A stretch of 31,605 nucleotides of DNA from an uncultured bacterium (GCA_963822585.1 CAWGIE010000013.1:1-31605); one strand, 5' to 3'; numbered from the stretch's first letter, positions 10,207 to 21,077 are shown. Program-made: numbers and translations. The notes: generated by a model from the sequence alone, not told the origin.

Positions 10207-11252
10207 ATGAAGATCCTCGTTACTGGCACGGAGGGCTACCTGGGATCGCTTCTTGCGCCGCTTCTCATGAAGCAGGGCCATCAACTTGTTGCGGTCGATA
10301 CCGGGTTTTACAAGAACGGCTGGCTCTACAATGGTTCGCCGCTAACTCCACTGACGCTCAATAAAGATATCCGCCAAATCACGCGTGAAGATTTGGAAGG
10401 CGTCGAAGCCGTCGTCCACATGGCCGAGCTCTCAAACGATCCGACCGGCGAGCTTGCACCGAACATTACCTATGACATCAATCACAAAGGCTCTGTCCGC
10501 CTGGCTAAGCTGGCCAAGGAGTCCGGCGTCAGTCGGTTCGTTTATATGTCTTCCTGCAGTGTTTACGGCGTCGCAGACGAGGACTATGTCACCGAAGAGT
10601 CACCGGTAAGTCCACAAACCGCCTACGCCGTCTGCAAAACGCTCGTCGAACGAGATGTGAAACCGATGGCCGATGATAGCTTTTCGCCGACGTTTATGCG
10701 CAATGCTACGGCCTACGGCGCTTCTCCGCGGATGCGCTTCGACATTGTTCTGAACAACCTTGCCGGCCTTGCCTGGACAACAAAGGAAATAAAGCTGGTC
10801 AGTGACGGAACTCCCTGGCGCCCGCTCGTGCACGGCCTCGATATCGCCAAGGCAATCAGCTGCGCCCTGCAGGCTCCCCGCGAGCAAATTCATAACCAGA
10901 TCTTCAACGTCGGCGACACCAGTCATAACTATACGATCAAAGAAATTGCCGAAGTGGTAGCGGACGTTTTCCCCGGATGTCAGCTCACTCTCGGAACTCA
11001 AGGTGCCGATAACCGCAGTTACCGCGTCTCCTTCGAAAAGATCAAGACCGTCTTCCTGTCTTCGGCTGTGAATGGAACGCCCGCCGCGGTGCCGAGCAAC
11101 TGCGCGCGATTTTTGAACAAATCGAGATGACTTCGGAGACCTTTAACGCCCGCGGGTTTACCCGACTGAGGCAACTCGAATATCTGATTCGCACCCAGCA
11201 AATCGATCAGGATTTCTTCTGGAAAAGCGGCGCGCAATCTTCCCCTTCGTGA
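10207..11252 (+). CDS. NAD-dependent epimerase/dehydratase (extended SDR); frameshift near 11050
   Basis: MKILVTGTEGYLGS Rossmann motif, SSCSVYG and YAVCK (YxxxK). The shifted C-terminus ...FTRLRQLEYLIRTQQIDQDFFW ends at a TGA overlapping the next GTG. Confidence 0.88.
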
Positions 11253-11775
11253 TCTTTACCGAAACTCCACTGAAGGGCGCCTTCATCATCGAGCTCGAAC
11301 TGCATAAGGATGAGCGCGGCTTTTTTGCGCGGACCTTTTGCCGACGGGAGTTCGAGGCGCATGGCCTGAACTCGGAAGTTGTTCAGCGCAATACGTCCTT
11401 CAATCTCGTCGCCGGCACCGTCCGCGGGATGCATTACCAAAAGCCGCCTTTCCGAGAAGCGAAGCTGGTCCGTTGCGTCCGTGGCGGCATTCATGACGTG
11501 ATTGTCGACCTGCGCGCAAATTCACCTACTTACCGCCACCATTACGCCGCAACTTTGACAGCAGACAACCGGCGCGCTCTTTTCGTCCCGGAATCCTTCG
11601 CCCACGGTTTCCAAACGCTGACTGACGACGCGGAAATCGAATATCAAATGAGTGAGTCTTATGCCCCCGGTTCCGCCGCCGGGTTTCGTTATGACGATCC
11701 AACCTTTGCCATCTCTTGGCCGTTGCGGTGAGTGTCATTTCGCAGCAGGATCTTTCCTGGCCGTCTTACAAGTAA
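11249..11775 (+). CDS. rfbC: dTDP-4-dehydrorhamnose 3,5-epimerase family protein; frameshift near 11725
   Basis: DERGFFARTFC, GTVRGMHYQ, EAKLVRCVRG, DVIVDLR and FAHGFQTL motifs. The shifted tail VISQQDLSWP ends at TAA 11773-11775, overlapping an ATG. Confidence 0.9.
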
Positions 11776-13055
11776 TGCAAACGTCCGGGGAAGAAATGAA
11801 GGCGCTGATTGCGCGGCTCTATCCGATCTGCCGCAGCATTACCGGCGATGGCGTGCGACAGACTCTCCAAATCTTGCGAGAGCAAATTCCTCTCGACGGT
11901 ACATGAGGTTCCGAGCGGGACTCAGGTTCTGGACTGGACCGTCCCGCGCGAATGGAACATTCGCGATGCCTTTATCAAAAATCCAGCGGGCGAGCGTTTG
12001 GTTGATTTCCAGCAGCTCAATCTTCATGTAATGAGTTACAGCACGCCAGTGCAGTGCAGAACGGCGCTTGCTGAGCTAAGGCCGCATCTCTTTACGCTGC
12101 CCGCGCACCCGGAATGGGTTCCCTACCGCACCTCCTACTACAGAGAAAACTGGGGCTTTTGCTTAAGCGAGAAGCAGTTGGCGGCTTTCCACGAGGACGA
12201 AGAATATGAGGTTTGTATCGACTCCAGTCTGACGGAGGAAACCTCACCTACGGCGAGTATTTGCTTGCGGGCGAAGAAAAGGACGAAATGCTAATCTCCT
12301 CCCACGTTTGCCATCCATCGCTCGCAGATGACAATCTTTCCGGTATCGCCGTGGCTGTAGCGCTCGCCCGCCATCTCGGCGCTACTCCGCATCGTTATTC
12401 TTACCGTTTTCTTTTCGCGCCGGGAAGCATTGGCGCCATCACCTGGCTGGCGCAGAATGAACAGTTAATCCAGAATATTCGCCATGGGCTCGTGCTGACC
12501 TGTGTTGGAGACTCTTCTCCCATCACCTATAAGCGCAGCCGGCGCGGAGATGAAGAGATCGATCGGGCTTTTGCCCATGTCCTCCGGCAGGATGGGGAGA
12601 ACCTCGAGGTCGTCGACTTTTCTCCTTACGGTTATGACGAACGGCAATATTGTTCGCCGGGCTTCAACCTGCCTGTGGGTTGCATGATGCGCGGAGTCCA
12701 CGGCACCTTTCCCGAATACCACACTTCGGCAGACAACCTCGACTTCGTTCGCGCCGAAGCGCTGGCCGATTCGCTCGCCAAGTGTCTCGCGGTCGTCGAT
12801 CTTCTCGAAAACGATCGAGTCTACATAAACAACAAGCCGAAAGGAGAACCGCAACTGGGCAAGCGTGGTCTTTACCAAGGTATCGCTGCAGGAGAAGAAC
12901 AACGCGCGCGGGAGATGGCGCTCCTCTGGGTCTTGAACTACTCCGATGGGAGTCACTCGCTCCTCGACATTGCCGAAAAGGCTGACCTTCCATTTGAACT
13001 GATCAAGGCGGCCGCTCACGCTTTAGCGGAAACCGACCTTCTTTCGCTCGCATGA
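11775..13055 (+). CDS. DUF4910-family protein (aminopeptidase/M28-like fold with a C-terminal winged helix; polysaccharide-locus associated); frameshifts near 11895 and 12235
   Basis: LYPICRSITGDGVRQTL, DWTVPREWNIRDA, PYRTSYY, HVCHPSLADDNLSG, GYDERQYCSPGFNLP, FPEYHTSAD and KGEPQLGKRGLY are spread over three consecutive frames. Confidence 0.88.
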
Positions 13056-14284
13056 AAGTCGATTGCGCCATCGTCGGCGGAGGAATCGTCGGACTAAGTG
13101 TGGCGATGCACCTCGGAGAGTGTCAGCCGGGTCTGCGTCTTGTTCTTCTGGAAAAGGAATCGGAGCTGGCGACCCACCAGACCGGCCGTAACAGTGGAGT
13201 CATTCACTCCGGCATCTACTACAAGCCGGGAAGCCTGAAGGCGCGTTTCGCCCGACAAGGAAACCGTTCCATGGTCGCCTTCTGCCGAAAACATGGCATC
13301 GCTGTCGATGTCTGCGGAAAGGTCATTGTTGCGACGCGGCCCTCGGAGTTACCGCTCCTGCAAAACCTTTATCAGCGCGGACTGGCGAACGAACTGGAGG
13401 TGGAGCGGATTTCCGCAGCCGCCGTACGTGATATCGAGCCACACGTTCGCTGCCTTGAGGGACTTGCATGTTCCTTCAACTGCCATCGTCGACTTCAGAC
13501 AAGCAGCGCCAAATATGCAGAGCTGATCTTGAAGCAAGGTGGAGTCATCCGCACCAGCACGGAAGTGAGAAGAATTCACCGTAGAGTCGGAGGCCACACG
13601 CTGGAAACTAGCAACGGCGACGTCGAGACCCGCTTTCTGATTAACTGCGGCGGCTTGCAAAGCGATCGCATTGCTCGTCGGGCAGGAATGCCTTTATCGG
13701 CAGAGATTATTCCTTTCCGCGGCGAATATTACGAGCTCATTCCGGAAAGGCGGTTTCTTGTGAAATCGCTCATTTATCCGGTGCCGGATCCGACGTTTCC
13801 GTTCCTCGGCGTGCACTTCACGCGCATGATCGACGGCTCGGTTCATGCTGGACCTAACGCCGTGCTTGCGCTGCAAAGGGAAGGCTACCGGAAGAGTGCG
13901 TGGAAGCTGGCGGACTGCCTGGAGATGGCAAGCTATCGGGGCCTCTGGCATCTTGGCCGCAAATACTATCGCGAGGCCTTAACCGAGCTTCACCGGTCAT
14001 TGAGCAAAGCGACTTTTGTCGAAAGCCTTCAACAGTTGGTTCCCGAAGTGAAGAAGTGCGACTTGATTCCCGCCAAAGCTGGCGTCCGGGCGCAGGCCGT
14101 AAAACCGGATGGAACGCTCGTGGACGATTTCCTTCTCCTCTCCGGTGAGAATAGCATTCACGTCTGTAATGCTCCCTCGCCCGCCGCCACGGCCTCGCTC
14201 GAAATCGGCAACGCAGTCGCTCAACAGGTTCCCGACCTCCGGCGTCAGCCAATCGGCTACGCCCGCTCGAAATTGCAACGTTAG
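13052..14284 (+). CDS. lhgO: L-2-hydroxyglutarate oxidase-like FAD-dependent oxidoreductase; short compensated frameshift near 13465-13500
   Basis: IVGGGIVG, HQTGRNSGVIHSGIYYKPGSLKA, IIPFRGEYY, IYPVPDP.FPFLGVHFTR, AGVRAQA and NAPSPAATASLEIG. Confidence 0.88.
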   Translation: MKVDCAIVGGGIVGLSVAMHLGECQPGLRLVLLEKESELATHQTGRNSGVIHSGIYYKPGSLKARFARQGNRSMVAFCRKHGIAVDVCGKVIVATRPSELPLLQNLYQRGLANELEVERISAAAVRDIEPHVRCLEGLACSFNCHRRLQTSSAKYAELILKQGGVIRTSTEVRRIHRRVGGHTLETSNGDVETRFLINCGGLQSDRIARRAGMPLSAEIIPFRGEYYELIPERRFLVKSLIYPVPDPTFPFLGVHFTRMIDGSVHAGPNAVLALQREGYRKSAWKLADCLEMASYRGLWHLGRKYYREALTELHRSLSKATFVESLQQLVPEVKKCDLIPAKAGVRAQAVKPDGTLVDDFLLLSGENSIHVCNAPSPAATASLEIGNAVAQQVPDLRRQPIGYARSKLQR

Positions 14285-15538
14285 TGACTTCGATGGAAGA
14301 CGGCCAGACCTATCTTTGTCGCTCTTGTCGTGCACCGTTGGTGGAAACCTTCGTCGATCTTGGATTGTCTCCCTTATGTGAATCCTATGTGTCGGTCGAG
14401 GAGCTGCGCGCCCCGGAGACACTCTATCCCCTACACTCTTTCGTCTGCGAAAAGTGCTTCCTCGTGCAACTTCCCGAACACGTTTCGCCACAGGCGATCT
14501 TCGAGGAGTATGCCTACTTCTCGTCTTACTCGATTCTTGGCTGGCTCACGCCCGCAATTACGTCGAGCAAATTGCAGGACGACTTCAACTCGACTCGCAA
14601 CTCCCTCGTGATGGAGATAGCGAGCAACGACGGTTATCTCCTGCAGTATTTCTGCGGCGCACAAATTCCAGTGTCTCGGGAATCGAGCCCGCCGCAATGT
14701 CGCCCAGGTCAGCCATCGCCAAAGGCTTCGACGTCGAAGGAGTTTTTCGGAACCGACCGGCGCGCCGAGATCGCGAGCGAAGGTCGGCCAGGCCGATCTT
14801 TTGCTCGGCAACAACGTTCTCGCGCACGTGCCCGACATCAATGACTTCGTCGCCGGAATGAAGCGACTGCTAACGCCGACCGGAGTCATCACGATGGAGT
14901 TTCCGCACTCTGCGACTGATCGAGAAGAATCAGTTCGACACCATCTATCACGAGCACTTTTCCTATCTATCATTCATGACTGTGGAACGAAATTTCCGCG
15001 CACCACGGACTCAAGCTGTTCGACGTCGACGAACTCCCGACGCACGGCGGTTCGCTGCGGATTTATGCCGCGCACATCGATGACGATTCGAAGCAACGTT
15101 TCAGAACGTGGCGAGACTTTGAGGCAGCGCGAAGCAAAGTGGGGAGTCAGGCACCTCATCGCTACCGCGGCTTTCCGACGCAAAAGTGGAAGCGACCAAA
15201 CGCGCGAATGCTCGCGTTTTTCATCGACGCGAAGGGCGCACGGAAAGTCGATTGCCGGCTACGGGGCCCCGGGCAAAGGAAACACACTGCTGAACTACTG
15301 CGGCATCCGCACCGACTTTCTCGATTACACGGTGGACGCAAATTTACAAGCAGGGCAAATTTACCCCGGCACCGCATTCCGATTCTGCCACCCGAACGAA
15401 TCCAGACACGAAGCCCGACTATCTCTTAATTCTGCCGTGGAATTTGAAGGACGAGATCATGCAGCAAGACGCTCCTATATCCGGGAGTGGGGCGGCAAAT
15501 TCGTCGTGCCGATTCCGGAGCTCTCGGTTTATGAATAA
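14284..15538 (+). CDS. NDP-hexose C-methyltransferase (Zn-binding N-terminus, class I SAM domain, C-methyltransferase C-terminus); several frameshifts
   Basis: CRSC...DLGLSPLCESY...YPL...CEKCFLVQL, YAYFSS, EIASNDGYLL, NNVLAHVPDINDFVAG, YGAPGKGNTLLNYCGI and WGGKFVVPIPE. Confidence 0.85.
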
Positions 15539-16322
15539 CCCAATGAAGGTAGTGCTGTTTTGCGGTGGTCTGGGAATCCGGCTGCGCGAGGGACCGGAGC
15601 CGGTGCCGAAACCGATGGCGGTGATCGGTTACCGGCCGCTCCTTTGGCATTTGATGAAGTATTATTCTCACTACGGTCACAACGACTTTATCCTCTGTCT
15701 TGGATACGGAGCCGACATCATCAAGCACTCCTTCCTGAACTATAACGAGTGTGTCTCGAACGATTTTGTTCTTTCCGAAGGCGGAAAAAAGGTCGAGCTG
15801 CTGCGCAAGGATATCGACGATTGGCGGATTACTTTCGTCGATACAGGCCAGAGCTCAAACATCGGTCAGCGCCTCCTGCGTGTGAAACAGTTTGTCGAAG
15901 ACGATGAAGTTTTTCTCGCTAACTATGTCGATGGGCTGACCGATTTGAGACTCCCGGATTTAATCGATTACTTCCTGAGCAAAAACAAAATCGCTTGCTT
16001 CGTCGGAGTCACACCGACTGCAAGCTTTCACACCGTCTCCATTGAATCCGATGGCTCGGTGCGAGCGATCGCACACATCGCCAGCTCTGGGAATCTCATC
16101 AACGGCGGCTTCTTCGTCTTTCGCCGGGAAATTTTTAACTATATCAACGAAGGAGAGGATCTGGTCGAGGAGCCATTCCGCCGACTGATCGCAGAGCGGC
16201 AACTGATCACCTATCCATATAACGGTTTCTGGGCCTGTATGGACACCTTCAAGGAAAAGCAACACCTGGACGATCTTCATGCCAGCGGACGTGCGCCGTG
16301 GCGGGTGTGGGACGCGCAATAG
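15531..16322 (+). CDS. rfbF: Glucose-1-phosphate cytidylyltransferase
   Basis: MKVVLFCGGLGIRL, PKPM, WHLMKYYSHYGHNDFILCLGY, VDTG, INGGFFV and GFWACMDTFKE. Start is at 15531 or 15543. Confidence 0.88.
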   Translation: MNNPMKVVLFCGGLGIRLREGPEPVPKPMAVIGYRPLLWHLMKYYSHYGHNDFILCLGYGADIIKHSFLNYNECVSNDFVLSEGGKKVELLRKDIDDWRITFVDTGQSSNIGQRLLRVKQFVEDDEVFLANYVDGLTDLRLPDLIDYFLSKNKIACFVGVTPTASFHTVSIESDGSVRAIAHIASSGNLINGGFFVFRREIFNYINEGEDLVEEPFRRLIAERQLITYPYNGFWACMDTFKEKQHLDDLHASGRAPWRVWDAQ

Positions 16323-16973
16323 ATGATCGCGTTCGGCCTGCCGCAGGGGACCCGGAAGATTCTATGTCTCGGCGCGCACGCCGATGATATCGAGATCGGC
16401 TGCGGCGGAACATTGCTGAAGTGGATCGAGAAACAGCCGACTCTCAAAGTTTACTGGGTTGTTTTCGCTGCGGAAGGAAAGCGTGCGAAAGAAGCCCGGG
16501 AGAGCGCGAAAGCAATCTTGGGACAAACGGCGGTGAAGATGGTGGTGAAGCAATTCCGGATGAGCTTCCTGCCTTTTCAGGGAGAGAAGGTGAAGGATTA
16601 CTTTGAGACGCTAAAGAAGTCGTTCCAGCCGGACGTCGTCTTTACTCATTATCGGGACGATCGGCATCAGGATCATCGGGTGCTTTCCGACCTGGCTTGG
16701 AATACTTTTCGTGATCACCTCATTCTGGAATACGAGATTCCCAAGTATGATGGCGATCTTGGCTCGCCAAATGTCTTTGTCCCGCTCAACCGACAGTTAG
16801 CTCGCAAGAAGACGACTCATCTTAGCCGATTCTTCGCGAGCCAAGCGAACAAGCACTGGTTCGCGGAAGAGACTTTCCTCGCGCTCATGCGGCTGCGGGG
16901 AATGGAATGCGCCGCGGAATACGCGGAAGCGTTCTATTGTCGCAAGCTGGTCGTGGGCGAGTCAAAGCGCTGA
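16323..16973 (+). CDS. PIG-L/LmbE family deacetylase
   Basis: LCLGAHADDIEIGCGG and D.HQDH metal-binding motifs; YEIPKYDGDL. Confidence 0.88.
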   Translation: MIAFGLPQGTRKILCLGAHADDIEIGCGGTLLKWIEKQPTLKVYWVVFAAEGKRAKEARESAKAILGQTAVKMVVKQFRMSFLPFQGEKVKDYFETLKKSFQPDVVFTHYRDDRHQDHRVLSDLAWNTFRDHLILEYEIPKYDGDLGSPNVFVPLNRQLARKKTTHLSRFFASQANKHWFAEETFLALMRLRGMECAAEYAEAFYCRKLVVGESKR

Positions 16974-16979
16974 GCCTTC

Positions 16980-17055
16980 TCATCCTGAGCAGTAGCGAAA
17001 AATCTCCCAGCTATCTCGAGAGGCTAGTCAGATTGTTCGCTCCGCTCACAATGAC
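16980..17055. repeat. Degenerate REP-like inverted repeat between convergent genes
   Basis: Left arm TCATCCTGAGCAGTAGCGAAAAATCT (16980-17005) pairs imperfectly with AGATTGTTCGCTCCGCTCACAATGA (17030-17054). Confidence 0.7.
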
Positions 17056-17104
17056 AAAGACGCGGGACGCGGGAGGGGCGAGCCGGTGAGTTAGTTCTGG
17101 AAGC

Positions 17105-19918
17105 CTAAGCGAGCGCGGCCTGAGCGGCCGCCAGCTTCGCGATCGGAACCCGGAACGGGCTGCAGCTCACATAGTTCAGTCCGAGCTGATGGCAGAACTT
17201 CACGCTTGAAGGTTCGCCGCCGTGTTCGCCGCAAATGCCGAGCTTGATGTCCGGGCGCGTCTTGCGGCCCTTCTCGCACGGCGATCTCCATCAGCTGGCC
17301 GACGCCGCGCTGGTCGATCGAGGCGAACGGATTATTCTTGACGATATCCAGTTCCTGCATAAGCCGGCGAGGAACTGCCGGAGTCATCGCGGCTCATGCC
17401 CGAGCGTGGTCTGCGTGAGATCGTTGGTGCCGAAGCTGAAGAACTCGGCGGTCTTGGCGATCTCGTCGGCGGTCAAGCGCGCCGCGCGGAATCTCGATCA
17501 TGGTGCCGACGATGATAGGTGAACTTGGTCTTCTTCTCCGTCCATGACTTCTGTCGCGACGCGATGGACGATCTCGATCTGCAGCTCGAGTTCCTTCTGG
17601 AAAGCCGACGAGCGGGATCATGATCTCGGGCTTGACCTTGATGCCTTTCTTGTGCACCTCGGCGGCGGCTTCGAAGATGGCGCGCGCCTGCATCTCGGTG
17701 ATTTCGGGATAGGTGATGCCGAGCCGGCAGCCGCGGATGGCCGAGCATCGGGTTGAACTCGTGCAGTTCGCTGCACGCGGCTGCGATGATCTTTTCGACC
17801 GGGATGTCGAGTTTCGTTGCGCGAGATCGATCTGCTGCTCCTTGTCATGCGGCAGGAATTCGTGCAGCGGCGGATCGAGCAAGCGGATCGTGGCCGGGAG
17901 CCCTTCAGCGCCTGGAAGATGCCGACGAAATCCTCGCGCTGATAGGGCAGCAGTTTGGCCAGCGCGCTTTGCTCGCGCCTCGTTGTCTTCGGCCAGGATC
18001 ATCTCGCGCATCGCATCGATCCGATCGCCCTCGAAGAACATGTGTTCGGTGCGGCAAAGGCCGATGCCCGTCGGCGCCGAACGCGACGGCGTTGGCGGCC
18101 TGCTCGGGCGTGTCGGCGTTGGTGCGCACATGCGAGCTCGCGCGCGCCTGTCGGCCCACTTCATGAGCTTGTGCGAATTGCTGATAGGTCGCGGCTCTTC
18201 TTCGCGTCGAGCGATGTCGTCGACCAGGACCTGCGACGATTTCCGACGGCGCGGTCTTGACTTCGCCGGCATAGACTTCGCCGGCCGTGCCGTCGATCGA
18301 GATGTAATCGCCTTCCTTGAAGGTCTGCGCCGGCGACGGCATCACGTGCGTTCTGTCGTAATCGATCTGCACGTCCGACGCGCCGCAGACGCAGACCTTG
18401 CCCATCTGCCGCGCGACGAGCGCCGCGTGCGAGGAGACGCCGCCGCGCGCGGTCAGGATGCCTTCGGCCGCGATCATGCCGCGCAGGTCTTCGGGCGAAG
18501 TCTCGATGCGCGACCAGCAACACTTTTTCGCCGCTTGCCGCGGCGCCGCACGGCGTCTTCGGCGTTGAGATACGACTTGGCCGGAAGCGGCGCCGGGACC
18601 GGCCGGCAGACCGCTGGCGATGACTTGGCTTTCCTGACGGCGATCGGTCTGCGATCGAAGATCGGCGCGAGCAGATGGTCGAGCTGAATCGGCCGGAATG
18701 CGGAGGATCGCTGTCTTCCAGTCGAATCAGCTTCTCCTCGACCATCTCGACGGCGATGCGCGACGGCGGCGAGGCCGGTGCGTTTGCCGTTGCGCGTCTG
18801 CAGCATGTAGAGCTTGTCTGTCCTCGATCGTGAACTCGAAGTCCTGCATGTCCTTGAAATGCTTCTCGAGCGTCTGCGCACCTTCACAGTTCCTTGTGGC
18901 CTTGGGCATTTCCTTCGCGAGCTGCGGCGATCGGGCTGCGGGCGTGCGCACGCCGGCGACGACGTCTTCGCCCTGCGCGTTGATCAGATATTCGCCGTAG
19001 AAAACTTTCTCGCCGCTGGCGGGATCGCGCGTGAAGGCGACGCCGGTAGCGCTGGAGTGTCGCCCATGTTGCCGATAGACCATCGTCTGCACGTTGACCG
19101 CCGTGCCCCACTCGTGCGGGATGTTATATTTGCGGCGATAAACGATCGCGCGGTCGTTCTTCCAGGAACCGAACACGGCGCCGATCGCGCCCCAGAGCTG
19201 CGTCGCACGGATCCTGCGGAAACTCCTGGCCGGTGCGCTCTTTGATGAGGTCCTTGAAGCGCTTGACGAGTTCCTGCAGGTCGTCGACGGTCGAGCTCGA
19301 TGTCTCGATGTCATGGTCGCCGTAGCGCTCGTGCTTGAGTGCGTCGATGACGCGTCTCGAACGGCTCGTGATCTTCGCCGGCGCGCTTCTGCACGCCCAT
19401 CACGACGTCGCCATACATCTGCAGGAAACGGCGATAGCAGTCCCACGCGAAGCGCGGGTTGCCGATCTTCTTCGGCCAGCGATCTCGACGCGTGTTGTCG
19501 TTAGCCCGAGGTTGAGAATCGTGTCCATCATGCCCGGCATGGAATCGCGCGCGCCCGAGCGGACCGAGACGAGCAGCGGAGTTGTCTGGTCGCCAAATTT
19601 CTTGCCCACCGACTTCTCGACTTTGCGCGAGCGCGGCCGTCGACCTGCGCCTTCAGACTCCGTCGGATAATTGCGCTTGTTGATCGTAGTAATAGGTGCA
19701 GACCTCGGTCGTGATGCGTGAATCCCGGGGGCACCGGCAGACCGATGCGCGTCATCTCCGCCAGGTTGGCGCCTTTGCCGCCCGAGCAGCGGCTTCATCT
19801 GGCCGTTGCCGTCCGCTTTTCCGTCGCCGAAATAGTAGACGTAACGGTGCGATTTCGAGGAGTTGGTTTTCGATTTCGGAGCGGGTTTGGTGTGGGGTGA
19901 TTTCCTTTTTTTGACCAT
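17105..19918 (-). CDS. ppdK: Pyruvate, phosphate dikinase; many frameshifts, probably sequencing errors
   Basis: Collinear fragments: [98 protein letters not shown] (catalytic His), [34 protein letters not shown] and [10 protein letters not shown]. Confidence 0.93.
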
Positions 19919-19959
19919 GAGAGATGCGAGATTTACGAGTGAAAAGAGAGAGGAAGTGG

Positions 19960-19987
19960 AAGCTAAGGCGCGAGGTCGGGGTGTCAA
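19960..19987 (-). promoter_or_regulatory. Candidate sigma70 promoter for ppdK
   Basis: Minus strand reads TTGACA-N16-TAGCTT, about 40 nt upstream of the ATG. Confidence 0.55.
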
Positions 19988-20118
19988 CGCGGCGGATGCC
20001 CGAACCGGAGCGGAGGCAGCGAAAGATGCCAATTGCAGTCCACGGATCGGAGCTGCAATCATCGCAGCAGCACGCTTCGCTGGAGCGGAGCGTCCAGAGC
20101 AGGAGGCCGCGGCGGCGA

Positions 20119-20328
20119 TTAGTTCTGGACCACCGGCTCGGCGGCAAGCACGTCGTCGATCGCGTCGGCGAAGTCATCGACTCCAGAGATGGGGACGATA
20201 ACGACGTTGCGATGGCCCTGGCTGTCTTCGGTGATGCGAAGGAATCTGCCGCGGCCGTTTTCCCGCAGGTCGATGGAGAAAATTTTTCGCTCGATCTGCA
20301 ACTCTCTGGATTCAAGTATGCTGTCCAT
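20119..20328 (-). CDS. Single-repeat PUR (PurA/DUF3276-like) nucleic-acid-binding protein, 69 aa
   Basis: SRELQIERKIFSIDLRENGRGRFLRITE...RNVVIVP..GVDDFADAI matches the PUR repeat pattern. Confidence 0.85.
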   Translation of the reverse strand: MDSILESRELQIERKIFSIDLRENGRGRFLRITEDSQGHRNVVIVPISGVDDFADAIDDVLAAEPVVQN

Positions 20329-20447
20329 GTACGACAGCGCCGATGTTACAATTATCGACGGCGGGAATGGAAGGAGAATTTTAGGTCATGCTCTGCGATA
20401 TGAAAAGTGACTCCTGTGCGCCGAGAAAGAATCGAAGCGGGTCCGCG

Positions 20448-21053
20448 GTGAAGAAGCTGCAAATCGTTTTGTTGAGCACTGTGGCGGCCTGTATCTACGG
20501 CTGCATCCACGATGAGATCACGGTGCGCCTGTGTCTTGAGTATTTTACCGTCGCTCACCCGCCGCTCTTTCACACGACAACGCCAACCCTCCTTGCCCTC
20601 TGCTGGGGGAGTCGCAGCCACGGCCGGTATTGGGGCTGCGCTCGGCTTTGTCGTGGCTTTGGTTTCGCAAGCGGGGGATGCACCAAGGTGGCCCGTTTCC
20701 CGCCTCGGCCGTTCCATCTTTTTCTTCTCGCTGCCATGGGCGCGTCCGCCTGCTTTGCCGGCATCGTTGGCTACCAGTTGTCACTTCGCGGCTTTATTTC
20801 CATCCCAAAAGATTTAGCTCTGGCGCTGCCTGCGTTCCTGCATGATCGCTTTATGGCGGTCTGGTTTGCCCATTTGGCCAGCTATCTCGTTGGCCTTGGC
20901 GGTGGCGCGTTCCTTTGCTTTAGCGTCTGGCGAGCGCGTGGCAGACCTTCTGTCATCTCCTTCTTCCCAAACACCCGGCTAGCTCTTGGGCGCACGGCCC
21001 TGCTTGCCGCAGCCACTCTCTATGTGATCTGGATGCGATTTGGCGCATCTTGA
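20448..21053 (+). CDS. Hypothetical multi-pass membrane protein; compensating frameshifts near 20605 and 20720
   Basis: Several hydrophobic helices; motifs YGCIHDEITVRLCLEYFT and AHLASY.VG. The middle helix (GIGAALGFVVALV) lies in an alternative frame. The start codon is uncertain. Confidence 0.65.
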   Translation: MKKLQIVLLSTVAACIYGCIHDEITVRLCLEYFTVAHPPLFHTTTPTLLALCWGSRSHGRYWGCARLCRGFGFASGGCTKVARFPPRPFHLFLLAAMGASACFAGIVGYQLSLRGFISIPKDLALALPAFLHDRFMAVWFAHLASYLVGLGGGAFLCFSVWRARGRPSVISFFPNTRLALGRTALLAAATLYVIWMRFGAS

Positions 21054-21077
21054 AAAAGACGCGCAAAAAGGAGAGAG

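Noticed and set aside
9187..11130. Apparent 647-aa GT2-epimerase fusion in the ORF track
   Set aside because: The linker is non-protein-like. A frameshift near 9920 hides the GT2 stop (10192), and the epimerase has its own ATG at 10207.
17713..19245. Long plus-strand ORFs opposite ppdK, and similar ones opposite rnr, folP, cdaA and rodA
   Set aside because: These are antisense shadow ORFs typical of high-GC3 genes, with no recognisable motifs.
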